Assembly: GCA_035304545.1 (NCBI GenBank)
Contig: DATGPV010000032.1
Location: 10,589-74,588, forward strand
Source of the DNA: Limnochordales bacterium
Lineage (GTDB): Bacteria > Bacillota > Limnochordia > Limnochordales > ZCTH02-B6
Length of the DNA stretch: 64,000 bases
Direction of reading: 5' to 3'
The notes beneath the pieces are model-generated. The model was not told where the DNA came from. It ran no database searches and saw nothing but the letters and a program-made list of their open reading frames with translations. Positions 50,026 through 61,294 of this stretch are shown here, piece by piece (positions within the stretch are counted from its first letter, which is position 1; each line of letters starts with the position of its first letter). Made by a program: the position numbers and the translations under genes.

Positions 50026-50946
50026 GGCGCGCCGCCAGCGGACCATCGCGGCCACCACCACCGGGTCAAACTGGGTGCCGGCGCCGGCTTCCAGCTGGCG
50101 CAGGGCCTCCTCTTCGCTGAGGGCGTCCCGGTACGCCCGCCGGGACGTCATCGCGTCAAAGGCGTCGGCCACGGCGATGATGCGGGCCTCCAAAGGCACT
50201 TCGTCCCCCCGGAGGCCGTCGGGATAGCCGCGCCCGTCCATGCGCTCGTGATGATGGCGGATACCCGGGAGCAGGGGACGGAAGGCCGCGACGCCTTCGC
50301 AGATGCGGGCCGATTCCACAGGATGGCGCCGCATGATCTCCCACTCCTCCGGATCCAAGGGGCCGGGCTTGTTGAGCACCGCGGAGGGCACCGCGATCTT
50401 TCCCACATCGTGGAGCAGGGCCGCCCAGCGCAGCCGCTCCCGCACAGGCAGCGGCAGATTCATCGCCTGCGCGATGCCCTCGGCGTACTCGGCCACCTTC
50501 TCCGAGTGGCGGGACGTGTACGGATCCTTGGCGTCCAGGGCCCGCACAAAGGCCAGGATGGCTTCTTCTACGAGCTGGTGCAGCGCGTCGATGCGCCGGC
50601 GCAGGGACAAGTTCAGTGCCCCTGCGGTGACGCCGATGCCGCTGAAAAATACCGTTCGGATGATCCACCCGGCCGGCGCCTGGGGGATGCCCGCGGCCAC
50701 GTCCAGGGGCATAAAGGGCCCGCAGACGACGCCCGCGAGGATCCCCGCGGCCAGCCCGCCGGAGGGACCGTAAAAGAAGCCGCCCATCAAGACGGGGATG
50801 TAGAAGAGGTGGGGAAAGACGTTGACGGTGCCGCCCGTCAGGTAGGTGACGAGGGCCGCCGCCGCGATCCCGGCTGCGACCAGGCCGGCGCCCAGCCACG
50901 GGTGCCGCTCCATCGCTTTGAGGCGCTGGCCCCACACGTCGGACAC
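49981..50946 (-). CDS. Membrane-anchored HD-GYP domain phosphodiesterase
   Basis: N-terminal TM helices, then DPYTSRHSEKVAEYA...LLHDVGKIAVP...IRHHHERMDGRGYPDGL...ADAFDAMTSRRAY. GTG at 50946 lies 8 nt after AGGAGG; the track ORF extends to 51069. Confidence 0.85.
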   Translation of the reverse strand: MSDVWGQRLKAMERHPWLGAGLVAAGIAAAALVTYLTGGTVNVFPHLFYIPVLMGGFFYGPSGGLAAGILAGVVCGPFMPLDVAAGIPQAPAGWIIRTVFFSGIGVTAGALNLSLRRRIDALHQLVEEAILAFVRALDAKDPYTSRHSEKVAEYAEGIAQAMNLPLPVRERLRWAALLHDVGKIAVPSAVLNKPGPLDPEEWEIMRRHPVESARICEGVAAFRPLLPGIRHHHERMDGRGYPDGLRGDEVPLEARIIAVADAFDAMTSRRAYRDALSEEEALRQLEAGAGTQFDPVVVAAMVRWRRALAAAQKEPPARVPA

Positions 50947-51011
50947 CGCCGCCACCTCCTGCCATGGAGCCCGGCGCTGGCCGCCCGGGGCTTCCCGGCG
51001 CGCCGGGCCCG

Positions 51012-51206
51012 TCAGCGCACGGCCACCACCCGGCCTTTCCCTGACGCGTCCAGGTCCAGCGCCAGGCAAACGCTGCCGGCGCCCCGCTCCAGCAGCAGGC
51101 GAATGCGCCCGGCCAGCGGTTCATCCAGCTTGAGCCGGACCTCGTGCACCCTGCCGTCAAGAAAGCACAGTCCGTAGCCCGCGCTGAGCACCAGCACTTC
51201 CACCAA
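51012..51206 (-). CDS. Hypothetical small protein (64 aa)
   Basis: MVEVLVLSAGYGLCFLDGRVHEVRLKLDEPLAGRIRLLLERGAGSVCLALDLDASGKGRVVAVR. Composition is coding-like, with a TTG/GTG start after GGAGAAGGG. No family recognised. Confidence 0.3.
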   Translation of the reverse strand: MVEVLVLSAGYGLCFLDGRVHEVRLKLDEPLAGRIRLLLERGAGSVCLALDLDASGKGRVVAVR

Positions 51207-51560
51207 TGGAAACCCGCCCTTCTCCAGCTTTTACGGCCGGGTCATTCTTGGCGCCGGCGGCCAGTTCCTCTGGCAGTTGTCCCCTGGGGCAATGGAGAAG
51301 GTTGCCTGCGGCCGGGGATCCGCTGCGGGCGGGACCCGGGACCCAGCTGGCGCACCCGCTGGAACGGCGCCGGTCAACGGCTCGAAAATCCTTAGACGCG
51401 GGAAAGTACTTTTCCTTTTTATGTAGAAAAAAGCGGGGCTACCACTGGCCGCCGCCGCGGCGGCCGGCCAGCGCCCGGGCCGGCGCCGCCGGGGGCCCGG
51501 GCAAGGAATCCCCGGCCGCGGTGTGGAATGAGCTCGCCCAGCAGCGGAGGAGGTGGCCGG

Positions 51561-52046
51561 GTGAACCGATCCGAGGAGTCCGCCGCGGCCTTGGAAGCCA
51601 CAATCCAGGAGCTGGCCGCGGCCATCCGGGAAACCGACGTCTACCGCGCGTGGCAGGAAGCCCGGGCCGCCTTGGCCCAGCGCCACGCGGCCCAGGTCAT
51701 GCTGCGGGATCTGCAGGCCCAGCAGGAAGCGCTGCTGCGGAAGGCCCAGGCGGGGGAGGCCATCACCCCCGAGGATGAGGAGCGGCTGCAACGGACGCTG
51801 GAAACCGTCTCCTACAACCCCTACGTGCGGGCGGTCCTGGAGACGGACTTGGCCCTGGCCCAGCTGCTGGCCGCGGTCCAGCAGGCGCTGGCCGCCCAGC
51901 TGGGCATGGAGGCCGGTCCGGCCGAGCCAAGCCCAGGCGCGGCGGCCGGCCCGCGTGCCGGCGGCCCGGCCGGCCAGGTCCTGGGGCCGTCCCCACCGCC
52001 GGAGCCGCCCCGCAAGAGCCGCCTGTGGGTGCCGGGGCAGCCGTGA
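51561..52046 (+). CDS. YlbF/YmcA (UPF0342) family regulator-like protein with Pro/Ala-rich tail
   Basis: VNRSEESAAALEATIQELAAAIRETDVYRAWQEARAALAQRHAAQVMLRDLQAQQEALLRKAQAGEAITPEDEERLQRTLETVSYNPYVRAVLETDLAL. GTG lies 7 nt after GGAGGAGG. Confidence 0.7.
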   Translation: MNRSEESAAALEATIQELAAAIRETDVYRAWQEARAALAQRHAAQVMLRDLQAQQEALLRKAQAGEAITPEDEERLQRTLETVSYNPYVRAVLETDLALAQLLAAVQQALAAQLGMEAGPAEPSPGAAAGPRAGGPAGQVLGPSPPPEPPRKSRLWVPGQP

Positions 52047-52066
52047 GGTAGCCGCCGGGGCCGGCG

Positions 52067-52336
52067 CTAGCGGCGGGCCCCCAGGATGACCAGCAGCACC
52101 CCGGCGCCGATGAGGGCCAGCCGGGACCACGTGACTTGGCCGGCCAAGCCCGAGATGCCCAGCAAGGTGACGGTGAGCAGCACCAGGGGGCCCACCATGC
52201 CCAGCGCGGCGTTGATCTGCACCGCCGCGTCCAGCCGGGCCAGGCGCAGCATGAGCAGCGCGGCGCCCAGCTCGATGGCCGAGGAGACCATGCGCACCGC
52301 GGCCATTAGCCGGACCAGGCCCGCTTCATCGCCCAT
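52067..52336 (-). CDS. DUF2619 (YqhV-like) small membrane protein
   Basis: 89 aa: MAAVRMVSSAIELGAALLMLRL...INAALGMVGPLVLLTVTLLGISGLAG...LIGAGVLLVILGARR. The pattern matches what I recall of B. subtilis YqhV. Confidence 0.6.
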   Translation of the reverse strand: MGDEAGLVRLMAAVRMVSSAIELGAALLMLRLARLDAAVQINAALGMVGPLVLLTVTLLGISGLAGQVTWSRLALIGAGVLLVILGARR

Positions 52337-52595
52337 GGCCCGCCCCTCCCTTGACCCCGCCGCGGCGGGGCATGCCTATGCGGCTGCACCCGCGCCGTGG
52401 CCGCTCCTGGCCGGGAGGGCTGCCGCCGGGCGCGGAGGCAACGCCGGCAGTCAATGTCTATGAGGGGCGCAGGGCAAGGATGGCCCCCGGGGGACGCCGG
52501 GCGGATGGGAGGGCAGGAGAGGCGGCGGAGCTGGCGAATCCCTTTCGCATGCGGCCGCCCGAGGCGGCCGGCACGACGAGAGGAGCGGAGACGAG

Positions 52596-53948
52596 TTGAG
52601 CGACGTCAAAATCCTGCTGCCTGAGAGCGAGATCCCGCGGCAGTGGTATAACGTGGTCGCAGACTTGCCCACGCCGCCGCGACCGCCCTTGCACCCAGGC
52701 ACCAAACAGCCCCTCAAGCCGGAGGATCTGGCGCCGCTGTTTCCCATGGCCCTTATCGAGCAGGAGGCCAGCGGCCAGCGCTGGATCGACATTCCGGAAG
52801 AGATCTTGAATATTTATCGACTTTGGCGGCCCACGCCCCTCTACCGGGCCCGCCGCCTGGAAGAGGCCCTGGGGACGCCGGCCAAGATTTACTACAAGTA
52901 CGAAGGCGTCAGCCCCGCAGGCAGCCACAAGCCCAACACCGCGGTGGTGCAGGCCTACTACAACAAGCGGGAAGGCGTGCGCCGGCTCTCCACGGAAACC
53001 GGCGCGGGGCAGTGGGGCAGCGCCCTGGCCCTGGCCTGCCGGCTGTTTGGGCTTGAGTGCACCGTCTACATGGTCAAGGTCAGCTACCACCAAAAGCCGT
53101 ATCGCCGGTCCTTGATGCAGGTATGGGGAGCGGAAGTCGTGCCCAGCCCCAGCGACCGCACCGAGGCCGGCCGCCGCATCCTGGCCGAAGACCCCGATTC
53201 CCCCGGCAGCCTGGGGATCGCCATCAGCGAGGCGGTGGAGGACGCGGCCGCCCATGACGACACCAAGTACTCCCTGGGCAGCGTCCTCAACCACGTGCTG
53301 CTGCACCAAACCGTCATCGGCCTGGAGGCCAAGAAGCAGCTGGCGCTGGTGGATGACTATCCCGACGTGGTCATCGGCTGCCACGGCGGCGGCAGCAACT
53401 TCGGCGGGCTGGCGCTGCCCTTTGTGGCCGACCGCATCGCCGGCAAGGAGGTGCGGGCGCTGGCCGTGGAGCCCGCCGCGTGCCCGACCTTGACCCGGGG
53501 CCCCGCCGCGTACGACTTCGGCGACACGGCCCAGATGACGCCCCTGCTCTACATGAACACCCTGGGGCATCGCTTCATGCCGCCGGGGATCCATGCGGGC
53601 GGCCTGCGCTACCACGGCGCCGCGCCGCTGGTGACGCACCTGTATGAGCACGGGCTCATCGAGGCCAAGGCCTACCCGCAGCGGTCAGTGTTTGAGGCGG
53701 CGGTGCAGTTCGCCCGCATCGAGGGGCTGCTGCCCGCGCCCGAGTCGGCCCACGCCGTGCGGGCGGCCATCGACGAGGCTCTCCTGGCCAAGGAAGAGGG
53801 TCGGGAGCGGACCATCCTCTTTGGCCTCAGCGGGCACGGCCACTTCGACCTGGCCGCCTACGACGCGTATCTGTCGGGGCAGCTGGAGGATTACGAGCTG
53901 CCGGAGGAAATGATCACCCGGGCCCTGGCCGAGCTGCCGCAGGTCTGA
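52596..53948 (+). CDS. trpB: TrpB-like pyridoxal-phosphate enzyme (tryptophan synthase beta chain 2, TrpB2 type)
   Basis: 450 aa: [24 protein letters not shown]...[16 protein letters not shown]...[16 protein letters not shown]...[12 protein letters not shown]...[11 protein letters not shown] start 10 nt after AGGAG. No trpA is adjacent. Confidence 0.9.
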   Translation: MSDVKILLPESEIPRQWYNVVADLPTPPRPPLHPGTKQPLKPEDLAPLFPMALIEQEASGQRWIDIPEEILNIYRLWRPTPLYRARRLEEALGTPAKIYYKYEGVSPAGSHKPNTAVVQAYYNKREGVRRLSTETGAGQWGSALALACRLFGLECTVYMVKVSYHQKPYRRSLMQVWGAEVVPSPSDRTEAGRRILAEDPDSPGSLGIAISEAVEDAAAHDDTKYSLGSVLNHVLLHQTVIGLEAKKQLALVDDYPDVVIGCHGGGSNFGGLALPFVADRIAGKEVRALAVEPAACPTLTRGPAAYDFGDTAQMTPLLYMNTLGHRFMPPGIHAGGLRYHGAAPLVTHLYEHGLIEAKAYPQRSVFEAAVQFARIEGLLPAPESAHAVRAAIDEALLAKEEGRERTILFGLSGHGHFDLAAYDAYLSGQLEDYELPEEMITRALAELPQV

Positions 53949-53980
53949 GGCGCGCTCGGGCGCGCCGGTCGCGGGTGGCA

Positions 53981-54005
53981 GGGGGGTCCGGGCGGACCCC
54001 CTTTG
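53981..54005 (+). terminator. Hairpin GGGGGGTCC-gggc-GGACCCCC + TTTG after trpB2
   Basis: Read directly, 33 nt after the stop. The U-tract is short. Confidence 0.45.
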
Positions 54006-54099
54006 TCGTGGGACCGCCTCCGAGAGTTGGCGAGCCGCCGCCGGACGGCTGCGCCGTTTTCGGCAGGCGCCGGCAGCGATAGGGAAAGGAGTCGCGCGC

Positions 54100-55347
54100 A
54101 TGCAGCAGATCTTGCGGGTCGTGGACCCGGAAATCGCGGAAGCCATCGAAGCGGAACGCCGGCGGCAAAATACCCACATCGAGCTCATCGCCTCGGAAAA
54201 CTTCGTCAGCGAGGCGGTGCTGGCCGCCCAGGGCTCGGTGCTGACCAACAAGTACGCCGAAGGATACCCCGGCCGCCGCTACTACGGCGGGTGCCAGTAC
54301 GTGGACGTCGCCGAGCGGCTGGCCATCCAGCGGGCCAAGGAGCTGTTTGGGGCCGAGCACGTCAACGTCCAGCCCCACTCGGGCTCCCAAGCCAACCAGG
54401 CCGTTTACTTTGCTGCCCTCGAGCCGGGCGACACGGTCATGGGCATGGCGCTGCCCCACGGCGGCCACTTGACCCACGGCCACCCCATCAACCTGTCGGG
54501 GCGCCTGTACAACTTCGTGGCCTACGGCGTGGACCCCGAGACCGAGCAGATCGACTACGACCAGCTGGAAAAGCAGGCCCGGGAAGTCAAGCCCAAGATG
54601 ATCGTGGCCGGGGCCAGCGCCTACCCGCGCATCATCGACTTTGCCCGGCTGCGGGCCATCTGTGATGCGGTGGGCGCCATCTTGTTTGTGGACATGGCCC
54701 ACATCGCCGGCCTGGTGGCCGCGGGCTTGCACCCCAGCCCCATCCCGTACGCGGAGTACGTCACCACCACCACCCACAAGACGCTGCGGGGGCCCCGGGG
54801 CGGGATGATCTTTTGCAAGGCCGAACTGGCCAAGGACCTGGACCGGGCCGTGTTTCCCGGCGTGCAGGGCGGGCCGCTGATGCATGTCATCGCCGCCAAG
54901 GCGGTGGCCTTGAAAGAGGCGCTGACGCCCGAGTTCCGCTCCTACCAGCGTCAGGTCGTCAACAACGCCAAGGCGCTGGCGTCCGCCCTCATGTCCCGGG
55001 GTTTTCGCGTCGTGTCCGGGGGCACCGACACCCACCTGATGCTGGTGGACGTCAAGGCGTCCCGGGGCTTGACCGGCAAAGAGGCCGAAGCGCTGTTGGA
55101 TGACGTCATGATCACCGTGAACAAGAATACCATTCCCTTCGACACCGAGAAGCCCACCGTGTGCAGCGGCCTGCGGCTGGGCACGCCCGCGGTGACCACC
55201 CGCGGCATGCGGGAGGCGCAAATGGAGGAGATCGCGGACATCATCGACCGGGTGCTGTCCAACCCCGGCGATGACAGCGTCCGGGAGGAAGCCCGAGAGC
55301 GGGTGGCCCGGCTGTGTGCCGCCTACCCGCTGTACGGGGGATTGTAA
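54100..55347 (+). CDS. glyA: Serine hydroxymethyltransferase
   Basis: 415 aa: [11 protein letters not shown]...[16 protein letters not shown]...[14 protein letters not shown] (PLP lysine). Confidence 0.97.
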   Translation: MQQILRVVDPEIAEAIEAERRRQNTHIELIASENFVSEAVLAAQGSVLTNKYAEGYPGRRYYGGCQYVDVAERLAIQRAKELFGAEHVNVQPHSGSQANQAVYFAALEPGDTVMGMALPHGGHLTHGHPINLSGRLYNFVAYGVDPETEQIDYDQLEKQAREVKPKMIVAGASAYPRIIDFARLRAICDAVGAILFVDMAHIAGLVAAGLHPSPIPYAEYVTTTTHKTLRGPRGGMIFCKAELAKDLDRAVFPGVQGGPLMHVIAAKAVALKEALTPEFRSYQRQVVNNAKALASALMSRGFRVVSGGTDTHLMLVDVKASRGLTGKEAEALLDDVMITVNKNTIPFDTEKPTVCSGLRLGTPAVTTRGMREAQMEEIADIIDRVLSNPGDDSVREEARERVARLCAAYPLYGGL

Positions 55348-55462
55348 CGCCTGCCGGCCACCGGCAGCAGTCAGGAGCCAGCCGCGAAACGAGGAAATCG
55401 CCCCTCCGGGCGGCGCGGGTGCTGGCCGACGGAGCGGCCCGACGGTTTCTCGAACGAGGTCG

Positions 55463-56932
55463 GTGAACAGCGTGGCGGCCAAGTTGTCCCCCGATGCGGC
55501 CCGCGCGGCCATGCGGGCCAGCGCGGTGGAAGGCGCCTTCGCCAGCGCCAGCGACAACGCTGGGACATCTTTCCTCTCCCTGTACGGGCTGGCCATGGGC
55601 GCCACACCGGCCCAGCTCGGCGTGCTGGCGGCCTTGCCCAACCTGCTGAGCAACGTGCTTCAGGTGCCGTGGGCGCTGGTGACGGAGCGGCTGGGGCGGC
55701 GGCGGCAGATCATGCTCATCGGCGCCCTCGGGGGCCGGCTCCTGTGGCTGCCCTTGGTGTTCCTGCCGTGGATCAGCCCTTCGCCTGCGGCCGCGGTCCA
55801 GCTGATGATGGCGGCCGTGGCCCTGCGCTCGGCCGTGGCGGCGATGACGGGGCCGGCCTGGACGTCCCTTATGGCGGACCTGGTGCCGCGGCGGGTGCGG
55901 GGCGTCTACTTTGCCAACCGCAACGCCTTAATCAACGTGGCCGCCCTGGGGGCGACCCTCTTGGCGGGCCTGCTCCTGGAGGTGGGGGGCGAGCCCGGCG
56001 GCTACCAGCTGATATACGCCTTTTGCGTGGTCATGGGCGCGGCGGCGGCCGTGTACATGGCCCGCATGCCGGACCTGCCGTGGGAAGGCCGCGAGGCCGC
56101 GGAACCGGCCACGCCGGAGACCCGGACATGGCGGGCCCGCTGGCGGCGGACCGTGGCCGTTTTCCGCCGCGCGCCCAACTTCAACCGCTACTGCGGCACC
56201 ACCTTTATCTGGACCCTCGGCGTCCATCTGCCCGCGCCCCTGTTTGCCGTGTATTTCGTTCGCGACCTGGGCGGCGCGGAGGCCGCCTGGGGCATCGTCA
56301 CCGCGGCCAACTTTGCCGCCACCGTGCTGGCCCAGCGGTACTGGGGCCTGCTCACCCAGCGGTTTGGCGAAAAGCGCATCATGCTCCTGTCCGGCGTGGG
56401 CGCCGCGGTGCTGCCCTTTTTGTGGCTGCTGATTCCCGTCCCCTCCCTGGCCATCGCCGTCAACGGCCTGGGCGGCTTTTTCTGGGCCGGATACAACCTG
56501 GCCAGCTTCAACCTGCTCTTGGAGTTGGCGCCGCCGGTGCGCCGCACCACCTACGTCGCCCTCTACAATACCACCGTCGGCCTCGGGGCTACGGCGGGCC
56601 CGCTGTTGGGCGGCTTCGGGGCGGCCGCCGCCGGGATCCCCTTGGTGCTCGTGGTGTCGGGCGTGGTGCGGTTTGTCGGGCTGTGGCTCTTTGCCCGCAC
56701 CGTGGAGCAGCCCATGGTGCCCATGACCGCCGCGGACCTGTTGCCGTTGTGGGTCAAGTGGTGGCGCCAGATGGGCACCCGGGCCGTCATGACCCGCCTG
56801 CGGGTATCCCTCCGTCCCCGCCCCGCCGCCCGGCGCCCGAACCGGCGGAACCCGGGCCGCGGGCCTGCCGCGGGGCGCGACAAGGAAGTGGGCCGCGGCG
56901 GCCGGACGCTGCCCGGCGGCCCCTCGGACTGA
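55463..56932 (+). CDS. MFS transporter with Arg/Pro-rich C-terminal tail
   Basis: 12-TM pattern: LGVLAALPNLLSNVLQVPWALVTERLGRRRQIM..., LVPRRVRGVYFANRNA. Start is uncertain: GTG 55463 chosen; the upstream part of track ORF 55271.. overlaps glyA. Confidence 0.8.
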   Translation: MNSVAAKLSPDAARAAMRASAVEGAFASASDNAGTSFLSLYGLAMGATPAQLGVLAALPNLLSNVLQVPWALVTERLGRRRQIMLIGALGGRLLWLPLVFLPWISPSPAAAVQLMMAAVALRSAVAAMTGPAWTSLMADLVPRRVRGVYFANRNALINVAALGATLLAGLLLEVGGEPGGYQLIYAFCVVMGAAAAVYMARMPDLPWEGREAAEPATPETRTWRARWRRTVAVFRRAPNFNRYCGTTFIWTLGVHLPAPLFAVYFVRDLGGAEAAWGIVTAANFAATVLAQRYWGLLTQRFGEKRIMLLSGVGAAVLPFLWLLIPVPSLAIAVNGLGGFFWAGYNLASFNLLLELAPPVRRTTYVALYNTTVGLGATAGPLLGGFGAAAAGIPLVLVVSGVVRFVGLWLFARTVEQPMVPMTAADLLPLWVKWWRQMGTRAVMTRLRVSLRPRPAARRPNRRNPGRGPAAGRDKEVGRGGRTLPGGPSD

Positions 56933-56986
56933 TCCGGACGGGGCGCCTTGACGGTGCCCGCCTTTGTTGTTACCGTGTTTCCATGA

Positions 56987-58372
<1,386 letters not shown>

Positions 58373-58403
58373 GGGCCGGCGGCCGCCCCCAGCAGCCTGG
58401 TCC

Positions 58404-58447
58404 CGCCGCTGCCGGCTCGGACTTGCCGCCGGCAGCGGCGCTTTTTT
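58404..58447 (+). terminator. Rho-independent terminator after serS
   Basis: 13-bp stem CGCCGCTGCCGGC / GCCGGCAGCGGCG, 11-nt loop, then CTTTTTT. Confidence 0.7.
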
Positions 58448-58499
58448 CTTGGGAGGGGCGGGGCCGCGCCGCCCGAGGCGGCCGGGAGGATCTGCCCCC

Positions 58500-58534
58500 T
58501 TGTTGGCGAAAAGGATATAACGTTATGTCGTTAT
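58500..58534 (+). promoter_or_regulatory. Promoter-like TTGTTG-17 nt-TTATGT overlapped by palindrome ATAACGTTAT and direct repeat CGTTAT-gt-CGTTAT (candidate GntR operator)
   Basis: -35 at 58500-58505, -10 at 58523-58528, palindrome at 58517-58526. It sits in the only AT-rich patch upstream of the GntR gene at 58607. Confidence 0.4.
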
Positions 58535-58606
58535 GACCGGCGGCGGCCGTGCCCCCACCGGGGCGGCGCCGTCAAGGGTCAGCACGCCGAGGGAGCCGAG
58601 GGCTGG

Positions 58607-59314
58607 ATGGCCTTGCGCCGGGACAATTCCGTGCCCCTCTATCATCAGCTGCGGGACCTGCTGCGGGAGCAGATCGAAAGCGGCCAGCTGCCGCCCCATA
58701 CCCGCCTGCCCAGCGAAACCGAGCTGCAGGTCCGCTACGGCGTGAGCCGCATGACCGTGCGGCTGGCCATGGGCGCCCTGGTCAACGACGGCCTCGTCTA
58801 CCGCCGCCCCGGCAAAGGCTCCTTCGTGGCGCCGCCCCGGGTTTCCAAGCGCTTCGTCTCCATGATCAGCTTCACCGAAGAACTGCGCCTGCGCGGGTTT
58901 CGTCCCTCATCCAAAGTCCTGGAAGCCCGGGAGATTCCGGCTGCGGACGCCATCGCCCAGCGCCTGCAGATCCCCCCGGGCACGCCTGTGGTGCTGGTGC
59001 GCCGCATCCGTTACGCGGACGGCGAACCCGTCGGCCTCAACACCAGCCACCTGCGGGCCGACTTGTGCCCGGGGATCTTGGAGGAAGACCTGGCCCAGGG
59101 GTCGCTGTACAAATTGATCGAAGACCGCTGGGGTGTGCGCATCACCCGGGCCGACCGCTTCCTGGCGTCCATTCCGTGTCCGCCGGATCTGGCGGGCTTG
59201 CTGCGGGTGCGCCCCGGCGATCCCATCCTCGAGCTGCGGGGCGTCGTGTACACGGAATCCGGCGTGCCCCTGGACTACTGCGAGGAGTACTACAGCGAGG
59301 GGAATGAACGATGA
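58607..59314 (+). CDS. GntR/HutC family transcriptional regulator (wHTH + UTRA)
   Basis: VPLYHQLRDLLREQIESGQLPPHTRLPSETELQVRYGVSRMTVRLAMGALVNDGLVYRRPGKGSFV plus a UTRA domain. Confidence 0.9.
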   Translation: MALRRDNSVPLYHQLRDLLREQIESGQLPPHTRLPSETELQVRYGVSRMTVRLAMGALVNDGLVYRRPGKGSFVAPPRVSKRFVSMISFTEELRLRGFRPSSKVLEAREIPAADAIAQRLQIPPGTPVVLVRRIRYADGEPVGLNTSHLRADLCPGILEEDLAQGSLYKLIEDRWGVRITRADRFLASIPCPPDLAGLLRVRPGDPILELRGVVYTESGVPLDYCEEYYSEGNER

Positions 59315-59913
59315 GGGCTCCCATTTCCAGCCCCCCGGCGGAGGGCCGGCCCAGCCCGGGCGAGGCCCCGTCCACGGGGCCGGCGCCGCCTTGGAGCCGC
59401 CGGCCGTGCGTGGCCGTCATCGGCGCGGCGCAATGCCCGCCGGGGGAGGCCCGCGTCGCCGAGGAAGTGGGGCGGCGGGTGGCGGGGCTGCCCGCGGATC
59501 TGGTCTGCGGAGGGCTTGGCGGCGTCATGGAAGCGGCCGCGCGCGGCGCCCGGCAAGCTGGGGGGCGCACCATCGGCATCCTGCCCGGGATCCAAAAGGA
59601 TGCGGCCAACCCGTACATCGACATCGTCATCCCGACGGGCATGGGCCAAGCCCGCAACGTGCTGGTGGTGCTGGCGGCCGACGTGGTCGTGGCGGTGGGC
59701 GGCGAATTTGGCACGCTGTCTGAAATCAGCCTGGCCCTCAAGCACGGGATTCCGGTGGTCGGCCTGGACACGTGGCCGGTGGACGCCATGCCCGCTGCCG
59801 GCGATGCGCCCTTTCATCGCGCCCGCGACGTGGATCACGCCTTGGCGGTGATCCGGCGGCTCCTCGCCGCGCGGCTGGAAAGGGCGGTGAGAGGAGGGGA
59901 AGCGGCCATCTGA
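59311..59913 (+). CDS. TIGR00725-type LOG/DprA-like Rossmann (SLOG superfamily) protein
   Basis: CVAVIGAAQCPP...VCGGLGGVMEAAARGARQAGGRTIGILPG...VVAVGGEFGTLSEISLAL. The ATG overlaps the GntR stop (ATGA). Has a Pro-rich ~40-aa N-terminal extension. Confidence 0.7.
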   Translation: MRAPISSPPAEGRPSPGEAPSTGPAPPWSRRPCVAVIGAAQCPPGEARVAEEVGRRVAGLPADLVCGGLGGVMEAAARGARQAGGRTIGILPGIQKDAANPYIDIVIPTGMGQARNVLVVLAADVVVAVGGEFGTLSEISLALKHGIPVVGLDTWPVDAMPAAGDAPFHRARDVDHALAVIRRLLAARLERAVRGGEAAI

Positions 59914-60016
59914 TTGCCGGCGGCGCGCAGCCCGCTGCCTATCCGGAGGAACATAGTCCGCAGGGAACAGCGTGCGAGGAATGACGGGGAACGACCCCAA
60001 AGGAGGATCTTGGACG

Positions 60017-61294
60017 ATGAACCAGCGGCTGAGAGGCTGGGCGGTTCTGGGCCTGCTGGCCCTGGTGCTGGGCGCGGCCGGCATTGCCGGCGCGCAGCCC
60101 ATCCACATCGAGTACTGGCACATCAACTCCGCCACCTTCGGGGGCGCGGCGGTCAAGGAAGCCGTCGAGCGGTTTCAGGAGCTGAACCCGGACATCCGGG
60201 TCACCGACCGGTTCCAGCAGGGCGACTACGGCGGCCTGCTCAACAACCTGCAGGCGGCTTTGGCGGCAGGCAACCCGCCGGCCGTGGCGCAGATCGGCTA
60301 CAACTACCGCCTGTTCGCCTTTGAACAGGTGCCCCACGTGCCCTTTGAGTCCTTCCGGGACAGCGATCCTGGGTACGACGAGTTCATCAACAGCTTTGTC
60401 GATGGCGTGCTGGGCCTGGGGCAGGATGCGGACGGCGTGCAGCGGGCCATCCCCCTGGCGGTGAGCGTGCCGCTGCTCTACTACAACGCCGACCTTTTCC
60501 GGCAGGCCGGGCTTGACCCCGACAACCCGCCCCGCACGTGGGAAGAGGTGCGGCAGGCGGCCCGCCAGATCCGGGAGCGCACGGGGCAGTACGGCATCGG
60601 CATCCAGATTACCAGCGCCAACAACTGGGTGCCCCAGAGCATGGTGGAGTCCAACGGCGGCTGGCTGTTGGACCCCGAAGGCCGCGTCGCCATCGACTCG
60701 CCGGAAGTCATCGAGGTGTACAAGTTCTGGCAGGACTTGGCCCAGCGGGACCGCACCCTGCCGGTGGTGACCGACGCCGAGCAGGAGCAGGCCTTTGTGG
60801 CCGGCCGCCTCGGCATGTACATCAAGACGTCGGCCATCCTGCAGAACTTCGCCCAGCAGGCCAACTTTGAGCTGCGCACGGCGCCCTTCCCCACCTGGGG
60901 CGACAAGCCGCGCCGGGTGGCCGCGGGCGGCAATGCCTTGTTCATCACGGCCCGCGACCCCGGGCAGCAGCGGGCGGCCTACGAGTTCATCAAGTTCCTG
61001 ACCAGCAAGGAAGGCCAGACCATCTGGGTCAAGGGCACCGGCTACCTGCCCATCGTCCAGGGCGTGGAGGACGATCCCCGCTACCTGGCCGACTTCTTTG
61101 CCGAGAATCCCTTGATGCGGGCCGCGGTGGCGCAGCTGCCCGACGCGGTGCCGTGGGCGCCGTTCCCGGGGCCGCGGGGCTTTGAGGCCGAGACGACCCT
61201 GGCCGAGGCCCGGGAGGCCATCCTCAACGGCGCGGACGTCGAAGCGACGCTGCGGGAGACGGCCGCGATTTTGCGGAGGCTGCTGGGCCAGTGA
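60017..61294 (+). CDS. ABC transporter extracellular solute-binding protein (family 1, sugar type)
   Basis: Signal peptide MNQRLRGWAVLGLLALVLGAAGIAGAQ, then IHIEYWHINS...AAGNPPAVAQIGYNY...WEEVRQAARQI. ATG lies 10 nt after AGGAGG. Confidence 0.85.
   Translation: MNQRLRGWAVLGLLALVLGAAGIAGAQPIHIEYWHINSATFGGAAVKEAVERFQELNPDIRVTDRFQQGDYGGLLNNLQAALAAGNPPAVAQIGYNYRLFAFEQVPHVPFESFRDSDPGYDEFINSFVDGVLGLGQDADGVQRAIPLAVSVPLLYYNADLFRQAGLDPDNPPRTWEEVRQAARQIRERTGQYGIGIQITSANNWVPQSMVESNGGWLLDPEGRVAIDSPEVIEVYKFWQDLAQRDRTLPVVTDAEQEQAFVAGRLGMYIKTSAILQNFAQQANFELRTAPFPTWGDKPRRVAAGGNALFITARDPGQQRAAYEFIKFLTSKEGQTIWVKGTGYLPIVQGVEDDPRYLADFFAENPLMRAAVAQLPDAVPWAPFPGPRGFEAETTLAEAREAILNGADVEATLRETAAILRRLLGQ

Noticed and set aside
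54006-54099. Possible ZTP (pfl) or THF riboswitch in the glyA leader (GUCGUGGGACCGCC...GUUGGCGAGCC...CCGCCGCCGGAC).
   Set aside because: There are only short, scattered similarities to GGGUCGUGACUGGCG and CCGCCUGGGCA. The leader is under 100 nt, and I cannot draw the pseudoknot. It would need cmsearch (RF01750, RF01831) to revisit.
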